The notes under the pieces: generated by a model
Database searches by the model: none
Seen by the model: only the letters and a program-made list of their open reading frames with translations
What the model was told of the DNA's origin: nothing
Shown here: positions 27,654 to 36,561 of the stretch, one piece after another
How positions within the stretch are numbered: position 1 is the first letter of the stretch
How the letters are laid out: each line of letters begins with the position of its first letter
Translations under genes and position numbers: made by a program
DNA from: Treponema sp.
GTDB lineage: Bacteria; Spirochaetota; Spirochaetia; Treponematales; Treponemataceae
Reading direction: 5' to 3'
Length of the DNA: 64,000 nt
Assembly: GCA_052169955.1 (NCBI GenBank)
Contig: JBQNBL010000013.1
Span: 71-64,070 of the forward strand

Positions 27654-28811
27654 ATGATTATTGGTGTTCCAAAGGAAATTATGCATGGCGAGGATCGTGT
27701 TTCCTCCACTCCAGAAACTTGTGCTAGCTTGATTAAAGATGGGCATAAGGTGTTGGTTGAAAAAGGGGCTGGAGCTGGCTCTTATTTCACTGATGAAGAG
27801 TATAAGGCTGTTGGGGCAGAACTTGTAGATGATGTGAAAAAAATCTACGATGAAGCTGAGCTTATCTTAAAGGTTAAAGAGCCACTCTACAACGAAGAGA
27901 AAAAATGTCACGAAATTGACATGATGCATAAAGGACAATACCTCATCACATTTATTCATCCAGCTGCTCCTGTAAATCATCAAATGGTAAAAGATATGGC
28001 AAAAAAAGGTGTTATCTCTTTAACACTTGATGGTGTGCCTCGTATTTCTAGAGCTCAAAACATGGACGCTCTAACTTCTATGAGTACTTGTGCAGGGTAT
28101 AAAGGAATCTTAATTGCTGCAAACCTTTTACCAAAGTTTATTCCACAGATTTTCTGTGCTGTTGGAATGATTAAGCCTATGAATGTTTTGGTTGTTGGAA
28201 CCGGTGTTGGTGGCTTACAAGCATTGGCAACTGCAAAAAGATTAGGAGCTGTAGTCCATGCTGCTGATATTCGCCCTGCCGCTAGAGAGCAAGCTCAGTC
28301 TTTGGGAGCTAAGATTGTAGACTTAGGAGTTCCTGAAAACGAAGCTATTGGAGAAGGTGGTTATGCTCTTCACTTAAAGCCTGAGACATTGGCAAAAGAA
28401 AGAGAGCTTTTGGCTCCTCATGTTAAAGATATGGACATCATTTTCCTTTCTGCTTTAGTTCCCGGTAAATTAGCTCCTGTCATTATAACAGAAGAAATGG
28501 TTAAGAGTATGAAGCCAGGCTCTGTAATAGTGGATATTTCTATTGACCAAGGTGGAAACTGTGCATTAACACCTCCAGGTGAAGTGGTTAAAAAACATGG
28601 TGTGCATATTGTTGGCATTAAAAACATTCCAGGTCTTCTTCCTTCAAGCTCTACATGGATGTTTAGCCAAAATATAACGAATCTTGCAAAATATCTAATC
28701 AAAAATGGCAAGATTGAGTTAGACATGAATGATGACATTGTGAAAGGAATTCTCACAACTTACAATGGTGAGATTGTTCACAAAGGTGCAAAAGAGGCAA
28801 TGGGTCTATGA
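27654..28811 (+). CDS. pntA: NAD(P) transhydrogenase alpha subunit part 1 (dI)
   Basis: IGVPKE..GEDRV..TPET, MDALTSMS, GTGVGGL, DISIDQGGNC. Confidence 0.93.
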   Translation: MIIGVPKEIMHGEDRVSSTPETCASLIKDGHKVLVEKGAGAGSYFTDEEYKAVGAELVDDVKKIYDEAELILKVKEPLYNEEKKCHEIDMMHKGQYLITFIHPAAPVNHQMVKDMAKKGVISLTLDGVPRISRAQNMDALTSMSTCAGYKGILIAANLLPKFIPQIFCAVGMIKPMNVLVVGTGVGGLQALATAKRLGAVVHAADIRPAAREQAQSLGAKIVDLGVPENEAIGEGGYALHLKPETLAKERELLAPHVKDMDIIFLSALVPGKLAPVIITEEMVKSMKPGSVIVDISIDQGGNCALTPPGEVVKKHGVHIVGIKNIPGLLPSSSTWMFSQNITNLAKYLIKNGKIELDMNDDIVKGILTTYNGEIVHKGAKEAMGL

Positions 28812-29164
28812 GTTTTGAACTAACTCTCGTAATTGTTTTTTTGGTTACAACAGTGCTGGGATATTTTTTAATTAAGAATGTTCCTAGTCTTTTGCATACA
28901 CCTTTAATGTCAGGTATGAATGCTCTTTCAGGTATTACTGTACTTGCTACTATGACTAGTACTGCTATTGCAGTTCAGGTTGCTATGGGGGCTTATAATG
29001 CTGGGATTAAGGCATTTGAATTGAATGCTTTTGCAACTGTGAGCCAAATAGCAGGCGTAATTGGCATTGTTTGTGCAACATGCAATGTGGTTGCGGGTTT
29101 TGGGCTTACAGACAGAATGTTGAAAATGTTTAAGTCTGACAAAAAAGACAAAAAGGAGGAGTAG
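28808..29164 (+). CDS. pntA: NAD(P) transhydrogenase alpha subunit part 2 (membrane)
   Basis: VPSLLHTPLMSGMNALSG, NVVAGFGLTDRMLKMF. Confidence 0.93.
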   Translation: MSFELTLVIVFLVTTVLGYFLIKNVPSLLHTPLMSGMNALSGITVLATMTSTAIAVQVAMGAYNAGIKAFELNAFATVSQIAGVIGIVCATCNVVAGFGLTDRMLKMFKSDKKDKKEE

Positions 29165-29165
29165 T

Positions 29166-31139
29166 ATGATAGATTATTATTCAATTGCATACTACGTTAT
29201 TTCTGCAGTCTTGAGTCTTGGAGTTCTTATAGGTATTAGCATGATGAGTAAGGTGAAGACTGCTCGTCTTGGTAATGCTTTAAGTGCTTTGTGTATGCTT
29301 ATAGCTATTGCTGTAGTATTTGTCTTTTATGGAATCCTTTCAGTTTATCAAGTTTGGATAGGTCTTGGCATTGGTCTTGTTGTAGGACTTATGCTTACCA
29401 TCAAAGTTGATATGATCTCTATGCCTCAGACTGTAGCTCTCTTGAATGGGCTTGGAGGTGCTGCCTCTGCAGTTGTAGGTTTTTTAACACTAATAAATCC
29501 AATGGGCGTTGGAATGGGCAGGTTTGTATTAACAACCTCTGCTATTGCTATTGTAGTGGGTTCTGTTACATTTTCAGGGAGCTTGATTGCAGCAGGAAAG
29601 TTACACAGAGTGTTAAAACAACAACCTGTGGTTTTGCCAATGCACCAGATGTGGACAAGTTTGTGTTTAATTATCTCTTTGGCATTTATTGCATTCTTTG
29701 CTTTTGCACCTGTTAAGCACATACTTAGCTATTTAGTTTTAGTCTCTATTGTTGGTACTCTTATAAGTCTAGTTTTTGGTGTGATCTTTGCTATACGTGT
29801 TGGTGGGGCAGACATGCCTATTACTATTTCACTCCTTAATTCCACATCAGGGGTTGCAGCGGCTATTGCAGGTATGGCAACAAGGGATATTTTGACTGTA
29901 TCTGTTGGTGGCATTGTTGGAGCTTCTGGTTTACTTCTCACACAAATTATGTGCCGTGCAATGAATAGAAGTCTTTCAAATATTCTTTTTAGTAAGGGAG
30001 CAAAGGTTGCTTCTCCAGCTTTTGCAAAAGCTGAGACTGTTGCAGTACCCACTAAAACTGAAGTAAAGGTTGAAAGTAATGAGGATAATCTTACATCTTG
30101 GCTCAAAGAAGCAAAGAATATAATCATTGTACCGGGCTATGGAATGGCAGTCTCTCAAGCACAGTCAAGAGTGAAAATGCTGGCAGATAAGCTTGAAGGC
30201 ATGGGGAAAAATGTACGCTTTGCAATTCATCCTGTAGCAGGAAGAATGCCGGGACACATGAATGTATTGCTTTGTGAAGTAGATATCCCTTACGAGAAGT
30301 TATACGAAATGGAAGCCATCAATGGAGAGTTTGAAAAAACAGACCTTGTTATCATTATAGGTGCAAGTGATGTTGTGAACCCTGCAGCAAACACAGCAGA
30401 AGGCACTCCAATATATGGAATGCCAATACTAGAAGCTGGTAAGGGTAAGCACATTATAATCTGCAACTTTGACTTAAAACCTGGATACGCAGGCGTTCCA
30501 AACCCATTGTACGAAATGAAAGACAAAGTTCACCTACTTTTAGGAGATGCTAAAGATAGCATTGATACCTTGCTTTCTAAATTACAAGCTACTTCTTCGG
30601 TAGCTAAAGCTGAAGTAGTAGGTGGAGGTAATGAAGACAATGTTAGCTCTTGGGTGAAAGAAGCTAAGAATATAATCATTGTACCTGGCTATGGAATGGC
30701 AGTCTCTCAAGCACAGTCAAGAGTGAAAATGCTAGCTGATAAACTTGAAGGCATGGGAAAAGAAGTACGCTTTGCAATTCATCCTGTAGCAGGAAGAATG
30801 CCAGGACACATGAATGTATTGCTTTGCGAAGTTGATATTCCTTACGAAAAGTTATATGAGATGGAAGCTATCAACGGAGACTTTGAAAAAACAGACCTTG
30901 TTATCATTATAGGAGCAAGTGATGTTGTGAACCCTGCAGCAAACACAGCAGAAGGTACTCCAATATATGGCATGCCAATACTAGAAGCTGGTAAGGGTAA
31001 GCACATTATAATCTGCAACTTTGACTTAAAACCTGGATACGCAGGCGTTCCAAACCCATTGTACGAAATGAAAGACAAAGTTCACCTACTTTTAGGAGAT
31101 GCTAAAGATAGCATTGATGGCATTTTGTCTAAACTATAG
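29166..31139 (+). CDS. pntB: NAD(P) transhydrogenase beta subunit with two dIII domains
   Basis: MPQTVALLNGLGG, GGADMPITISLLNS; VPGYGMAVSQAQ and HPVAGRMPGHMNVLL each occur twice. Confidence 0.95.
   Translation: MIDYYSIAYYVISAVLSLGVLIGISMMSKVKTARLGNALSALCMLIAIAVVFVFYGILSVYQVWIGLGIGLVVGLMLTIKVDMISMPQTVALLNGLGGAASAVVGFLTLINPMGVGMGRFVLTTSAIAIVVGSVTFSGSLIAAGKLHRVLKQQPVVLPMHQMWTSLCLIISLAFIAFFAFAPVKHILSYLVLVSIVGTLISLVFGVIFAIRVGGADMPITISLLNSTSGVAAAIAGMATRDILTVSVGGIVGASGLLLTQIMCRAMNRSLSNILFSKGAKVASPAFAKAETVAVPTKTEVKVESNEDNLTSWLKEAKNIIIVPGYGMAVSQAQSRVKMLADKLEGMGKNVRFAIHPVAGRMPGHMNVLLCEVDIPYEKLYEMEAINGEFEKTDLVIIIGASDVVNPAANTAEGTPIYGMPILEAGKGKHIIICNFDLKPGYAGVPNPLYEMKDKVHLLLGDAKDSIDTLLSKLQATSSVAKAEVVGGGNEDNVSSWVKEAKNIIIVPGYGMAVSQAQSRVKMLADKLEGMGKEVRFAIHPVAGRMPGHMNVLLCEVDIPYEKLYEMEAINGDFEKTDLVIIIGASDVVNPAANTAEGTPIYGMPILEAGKGKHIIICNFDLKPGYAGVPNPLYEMKDKVHLLLGDAKDSIDGILSKL
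30114..31118 (+). repeat. near-identical intragenic direct repeat with 552-bp period (dIII x2)
   Basis: 30114-30566 matches 30666-31118 with mostly synonymous differences. Confidence 0.95.
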
Positions 31140-31159
31140 GTTTTTGACTAAAATAATTC

Positions 31160-31201
31160 AAAAGCCCCTAAGTATGAAGCTTCATACTTAGGGGCTTTTT
31201 T
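31160..31201. terminator. intrinsic terminator after pntB, probably bidirectional
   Basis: Perfect 40-bp palindrome AAAAGCCCCTAAGTATGAAG/CTTCATACTTAGGGGCTTTT plus T-run. Confidence 0.88.
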
Positions 31202-31280
31202 AATATAGCAATATAAAGCTACATCAGTCATAAGAACCTAAAATATTTAAGGTATTAGAGTTTCAAGTAGTCAAGTATGT

Positions 31281-31401
31281 GGAATTGCTAGCAATCATTT
31301 TGGAAACGGTGATTAAAGCTAGGGTACTGCCAGCGACAGCTGCTAGCGTAGCCTCCCTAGCATTTAATCAGCGTTAGTCTAGTAGCTAAGCTGGCATTTC
31401 C
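31281..31401. ncRNA. candidate structured RNA or dispersed hairpin element
   Basis: Nested stems GGAATTGCTAGC/GCTGGCATTTCC, TGATTAAAGCTAGGG/CCCTAGCATTTAATCA, CAGC-GACA-GCTG; richer in GC than its flanks. Confidence 0.35.
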
Positions 31402-31479
31402 CTCACTTTCTCAAGTTGCCATAAGTTACGGTTGTATGTCAACTTATTTGATGAGGTTAAGGATTTATTGGAGACATGC

Positions 31480-31503
31480 GATTAATTCGCTTTCGAATTA
31501 ATC
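31480..31503 (-). terminator. hairpin just downstream of the ABC gene
   Basis: GATTAATTCG-CTTT-CGAATTAATC 11 nt after the stop; no good U-tract. Confidence 0.4.
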
Positions 31504-31514
31504 AGTTCCTCATT

Positions 31515-33245
31515 TTATACTATATTCCACATTTTTGCTTCTTCCATACTACGATACATTTTTGCATAAACTGCACCTTTTTTGATTAGCTCATCGTGTG
31601 AGCCTTTTTCAACAATTTTTCCTTCATCAAAAACAATAATTTGGTCTGCATGACGAATTGTGTTTAATCTATGAGCTATAACCAAAACTGTTTTATCTTT
31701 TGTCAATTCTTTTATAGATTGTTGAATAAGATATTCATTATCAACATCAATAGAGGCAGTAGCTTCGTCGAGTAAAACAATAGGAGCATCTTTTAAAAAG
31801 GCTCTTGCAATTGAAATGCGTTGTTTCTCTCCTCCAGAAAGGCTATCTCCACTTTCGTGAATCATTGTTTCATAGCCTAAAGGTAGCTTTTGGATAAAAT
31901 CATCTGCATATGCTTTTTTTGCAGCTTCTATAACTTGTTCATGTGTGGCATTCTGATTTCCGATCTTAATGTTTTCATAAATTGTGTCTTGAATTAAATA
32001 AACATCTTGAAAAACCATTGTTATGTTTTCTAGTAGGCTATCAGGATTAAGCTCTTTTATATCAAGCCCACCAATTTTAATGCTACCACTTGCCACATCA
32101 TAAAACCTTGCAATAAGGTTTAGTATTGTAGTTTTTCCCGAACCAGAAGCTCCAACCAATGCTGTCATACTGCCCATTTTTGCTTCAAAGTTGATATCTT
32201 TTAGCACTTGTTTATCTTCTAAATATGAAAAATTAACATTTTCAAATTTGATTGTATAGTCTTCAAAATTATGTGTTCTGAGTTTATAAGGAATTCCTTT
32301 TGTTTCTAGCACACTAAGCAATTTATCAATTGAGACAGTAAAATAGCGACTTAGTATAAGTAGAACTCCAATATTCAAGGCTATGTTTGTATATGCAAGA
32401 GAAACTACCATAAAAATGACTAATTGATTTGCATTAATACCGCCATTAAAATATTTTTGTGTTGCAAATATGAGGAGAATAGGAAAAGACAAAAACACTA
32501 ATAATTGCATTGGAATAAGATATGGAATGCCTGCAAGTTCAATTTTTATTGAATATTTTTTAACTCCATTAAGTGCTTCACTAAACTTTTTAAAACGTGT
32601 TCCTAACATATTGTAAGATTTAAATACTTCTATTCCTTTCACATACTCTATAATTTTTGAAAGCATGGTAGCTCTTACAACTTTTGCTTCTTTTGCTGTC
32701 TTTTTTATCTTGCTAGAACCTAGAAAGAATATTGGAAGAGAAAAAATAAAGATTACTACTTGAATGCTACCTAATATAATATCTGAATAGATTAAGCAAA
32801 TGCTTAAATAAACTACCAATATACTAAGTTTTACTAAATCAGCTGTCGTATGAGTGATAAATATTTCAAAATCGTTTAAGTCATTTGTGAGTATATTAGA
32901 AAGAGTTCCTATATTGTTTTTATTAAAATAGCCTAATCCTAGCTTTTTAATATAGTCTCCCATTTTTATTCTAAGATGTGCAATAATTTTAGCACCATCA
33001 GCTTGCATTCCGTAATACCCTTTAAATAGTAGAAAAAACCTTATAATTAAGGCTACTAACATGATCCCTAAATAAATGAAATTTTTCTTCATTGTTATGC
33101 TATTATTCACTAAATCTATTAAAGTGAAAAAAAGCATACTGTAAATAATTCCGTGAAAAACACCATCAAAAGCTAATATCTTTATAGGATTAATGAATAA
33201 TTTATAATCTTCATCTCCAATTAATTTTCTTATTTTCTTAAACAT
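31515..33245 (-). CDS. ABC transporter fused permease/ATPase (exporter fold; IrtB/YbtQ-like half)
   Basis: 6-TM N-terminus, GASGSGKT, LSGGEKQR, LLDEATA, IAHRL; AAGGAG RBS. Confidence 0.92.
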   Translation of the reverse strand: MFKKIRKLIGDEDYKLFINPIKILAFDGVFHGIIYSMLFFTLIDLVNNSITMKKNFIYLGIMLVALIIRFFLLFKGYYGMQADGAKIIAHLRIKMGDYIKKLGLGYFNKNNIGTLSNILTNDLNDFEIFITHTTADLVKLSILVVYLSICLIYSDIILGSIQVVIFIFSLPIFFLGSSKIKKTAKEAKVVRATMLSKIIEYVKGIEVFKSYNMLGTRFKKFSEALNGVKKYSIKIELAGIPYLIPMQLLVFLSFPILLIFATQKYFNGGINANQLVIFMVVSLAYTNIALNIGVLLILSRYFTVSIDKLLSVLETKGIPYKLRTHNFEDYTIKFENVNFSYLEDKQVLKDINFEAKMGSMTALVGASGSGKTTILNLIARFYDVASGSIKIGGLDIKELNPDSLLENITMVFQDVYLIQDTIYENIKIGNQNATHEQVIEAAKKAYADDFIQKLPLGYETMIHESGDSLSGGEKQRISIARAFLKDAPIVLLDEATASIDVDNEYLIQQSIKELTKDKTVLVIAHRLNTIRHADQIIVFDEGKIVEKGSHDELIKKGAVYAKMYRSMEEAKMWNIV

Positions 33246-33279
33246 TTTTTTCTTCTCCTTAAAAAATTACGTGTAAGGA

Positions 33280-33471
33280 TTTCAAGTTTTTAACTTGAAA
33301 ATAATACATTTTCTATAAAACTATTGACATGCCAATGTCTTGGCGTGAAATCTTTTCGTTAATCTTATTACAATTATTAGGGGGTATTTTTTCTTTTTTC
33401 GATAAAAGAAAAAATACAACCCCTATAACCCCCAAAAAAGAAAATAGCGACTTAGGGGCAAGCCTCTAAGT
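33280..33471. repeat. cluster of hairpins between the two ABC half-transporter genes
   Basis: Stems at 33280-33300, ~33329-33347, 33378-33425 (TAGGGGGTATTTTTTCTTTT/AAAAGAAAAAATACAACCCCTA) and 33450-33471. Confidence 0.6.
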
Positions 33472-33494
33472 ACCCCAAATTTCTAACATGAAGA

Positions 33495-35272
33495 TTATGA
33501 TATTTCACGCTCCCACATTCTTTTATACATTCCATCTTTTGCTAATAACTCGTTGTGAGTTCCTTTTTCTGCAATCTTTCCTTCCTTCAAAACGACAATG
33601 CTATCTGCATTTTTAATTGTGTATAGTCTATGTGCAATAATAATGGCTGTTTTATCTTTTAATAGAGTTTGCAATGCTTTTTGAATTTCTTTTTCGTTTT
33701 CTATGTCTGAATAAGATGTAACTTCATCCAAAACAACTATTGGAGCGTCTTTTAAAAAGGCTCTTGCAATAGAAAGGCGTTGCATCTCACCACCCGATAG
33801 CTTAATCCCTGAGCCCTCCCCAATCACTGTTTCATAGCCTGCTTCCAAAGTTTCTATAAAGGAGTGTATTTGAGCTTTTTTGCATGCTTGAATCACTTCT
33901 TCTTTTGTTTTGCCTAAACCTAAATTAACATTATTAAAAACAGTGTCATTCAAAATAAACACATCTTGAAAAACAAAACTAGTTTGTAAAAGAAGGCTTT
34001 CCAGTGTGTAATCATTTATGTTTTTCTCTCCTATAAAGATGCCACCTTCTTCTACATCATAAAAGCGACCAAGTAAAAGTCCCAGTGTTGTTTTTCCTGA
34101 GCCAGATGGACCTACAAGAGCCGTAACACTTCCTTTTTTTAATTTAAGCTCTAAGTCTTTTACTACATATTGCTCTTCATACTTAAAATTGACATTTCTA
34201 AACTCAATATCCTTTTGTGCATCTTCTTTTGAAAGCTCAAAACCATCAGACTTTTGCTCTTTGGTTTCTAATATTTTTCTAACATTTTCAGCACCTTTTA
34301 ATAGCATAGAAAGACTTTCACCAAGCATTGCTAGTTTTACAAAACCTGTTAAAAACACAGAGCCTAATAATAAAAACATTAAAAAATCTGCTCCTATCAA
34401 ATGGTTTTGCAAAAAAAGAAAACCACCTAATGGAATTATAATCAAAAATGTTGCACTATCTATAATACAAATTCCTATGCTGTATGCCTTAATACTTGAA
34501 TTACACATTCCAACCCAAAGACTAAGATATTCATTAACTACATTCACATAGTTTTTGAAAGTTTTTGCTGTGAGGTTAAACGCCTTAAAAATCTTAATTC
34601 CATGCACATATTCAACAATTGTTGTGTGTAGTTTGTTTTTAAGTTCGTTATACGTATTTACATTTTTTTCATAATCTTTGAACATCCAAGTTTGAGCTAA
34701 AACTACCAAAATGAATGGAACGAGTAGGCATAATGCAAGATACCATTTGAGTGTTAAAAGGTAGATGAAAATTACTAGAGGGGTAATGATGCTTTCTGCT
34801 AAATCAGGAATTTGATGTGCTATAAAAAGCTCTAGTTTTTCTATGTCTTCATCTAATGCTTTTTTAATTTGACCTGAACTATGATGACGAAAAAAGCCAA
34901 GATTTAAGCGTCCTAAATGCTCTATTGTTTTAATTCGTAGTTCATACAGCACTGAAAAGGCTGCTATGTGCGAAGCTCCCAACGCCAGCATTGTAAATAT
35001 TATATTTAGAACAATCAAAACACATGTCCAAATAACAAGCTCAAAAATCAAATTATTATTTGGGCTTTTTTCTATAAGTGAAGATAAAATACTTTGCATT
35101 AAAATATAGGGAGAGAGCTTACAAAGAGAAGCTAAAACAGAAAAAACGCAAGCAAAAACAATTTTAGCTTTATGTTTTTTTGTTTTACCTAAAATAAATG
35201 CAATGTTAGAAGTTTTTTTTCTTTTTTATTAAATTTATCTTTATCAGATCTACCTTTCTCAACTTTATCCAT
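33495..35272 (-). pseudogene. ABC transporter fused permease/ATPase (IrtA/YbtP-like half), frameshifted in an A8 run near the 5' end
   Basis: AAGGAGG RBS + ATG 35272 is out of frame with the 33495-35099 ORF; one extra A in 35213-35220 restores the frame and TM1; GPSGSGKT, LSGGEMQR, AHQIPD. Confidence 0.75.
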
Positions 35273-35296
35273 AAAAGGCTATTCCTCCTTAAAAGC

Positions 35297-35318
35297 AATG
35301 TTAAATATCCTTAACATT
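35297..35318 (-). promoter_or_regulatory. palindromic operator just downstream of a putative sigma70 promoter
   Basis: AATGTTAA-N6-TTAACATT between TTGAAT-N18-TATCAT (minus strand) and the RBS. Confidence 0.55.
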
Positions 35319-35513
35319 AGGTTTATGATATACTTTCTTATGTTTATTATTCAAGATTATAAATTAACCAAAAGCTTAAAATCAAAATAATTTTATTTTG
35401 ACTTATTAATGGCTTTTACATGAGTGTTCAAGAATTTAAGGCTTATATTTAAGTCTTTTAAATATTAAACAATATTATTCCGATAAGAAGTGAGAAATAG
35501 GGGGAATGGAGAA

Positions 35514-35948
35514 ATGCTTTATAACATTGCATTTCAAGATAATATCTACGTTTTACTAAGGCAAATTACTACTCTTTCTGATGGTCTAAAGCTAGACATA
35601 GATGAAAGGTTGTTTAGTGCAAAAGTTTCAAGTGATTTAATTTTTTTTGATAAGGCTATAAATAGACTGTTTGAGCAGATATATCCGCAGTCATCTATTC
35701 AAAATTTTATTGATCTGTTTCAAGGTTTGCATTTTTGCATATCAAGATATATTGATTTAATTAATTATATTACTTCAAGTCAACAACGTGTTAGAATTTC
35801 TATTGAAATAAAAGAAAGTAGTGAGATAATCGCTAGACATAAAGAAATGTTAAAAAAGATTGAAGAGTTTATTGAAGAAAGCGATCCTACAGAGTTAGAA
35901 AACGAACTTGTCTCTCAAAATGAGTTGGCATGCTTACTCAATGCTTAA
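35514..35948 (+). CDS. hypothetical protein
   Basis: ORF with GGAG RBS, coupled to rsmD. Confidence 0.7.
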   Translation: MLYNIAFQDNIYVLLRQITTLSDGLKLDIDERLFSAKVSSDLIFFDKAINRLFEQIYPQSSIQNFIDLFQGLHFCISRYIDLINYITSSQQRVRISIEIKESSEIIARHKEMLKKIEEFIEESDPTELENELVSQNELACLLNA

Positions 35949-35951
35949 ACT

Positions 35952-36476
35952 ATGCGTATTACAGGTGGTGCATTAAAAAATAGAATTGTACACTGTCCAA
36001 AGGGTGTTATACGACCTGCAATGGATAGGATGCGTCTGTCTCTTTTTTCAATATTAGGTAATATAGAAGGATTCTCATTTTTAGATCTTTTTAGTGGTTC
36101 AGGTATTTGTGCATTAGAGGCGGCATCTCGTGGTGCAAACCCCGTAGTTTCAATAGAAAAAGATGTAATAAAATTTGGCACACTTTTACAAAATGTTTCT
36201 ATAGCAGAAAATAGGATAGAGTGTAAAAGGATGTCAACTGAACTTTTTATCAAGCGTAATAGCATGGCTTTTGATATCATTTATATTGATCCTCCCTTTC
36301 CATACAAGTTTCACAAGGAATTATTAACAATGCTTAGTAATTCTCAGTCGACCAAAGAGGGAAGTCTCATATTAATGCATCGTCCAAAAGAAAAACCAAA
36401 TGACGAAATAGAAGGTTTGACTAAAATTGATGAGCGTCATTATGGTAGGTCAATAGTAGATTTTTATAAAAAATAA
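35952..36476 (+). CDS. rsmD: 16S rRNA m2G966 methyltransferase
   Basis: MRITGG, IRPAMDR, LDLFSGSG..LEAASRGA, DPPF. Confidence 0.92.
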   Translation: MRITGGALKNRIVHCPKGVIRPAMDRMRLSLFSILGNIEGFSFLDLFSGSGICALEAASRGANPVVSIEKDVIKFGTLLQNVSIAENRIECKRMSTELFIKRNSMAFDIIYIDPPFPYKFHKELLTMLSNSQSTKEGSLILMHRPKEKPNDEIEGLTKIDERHYGRSIVDFYKK

Positions 36477-36561
36477 TGAGATATCTTTAAAAACTATTGT
36501 AAATCATAAGTATAATTAGTGGTAGCTTCATAAAGATTTTCTTTCTCATTATATAAAATTG

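Noticed and set aside
30290..31078. Two near-identical 78-aa minus-strand ORFs
   Set aside because: Antisense shadows of the duplicated pntB dIII.
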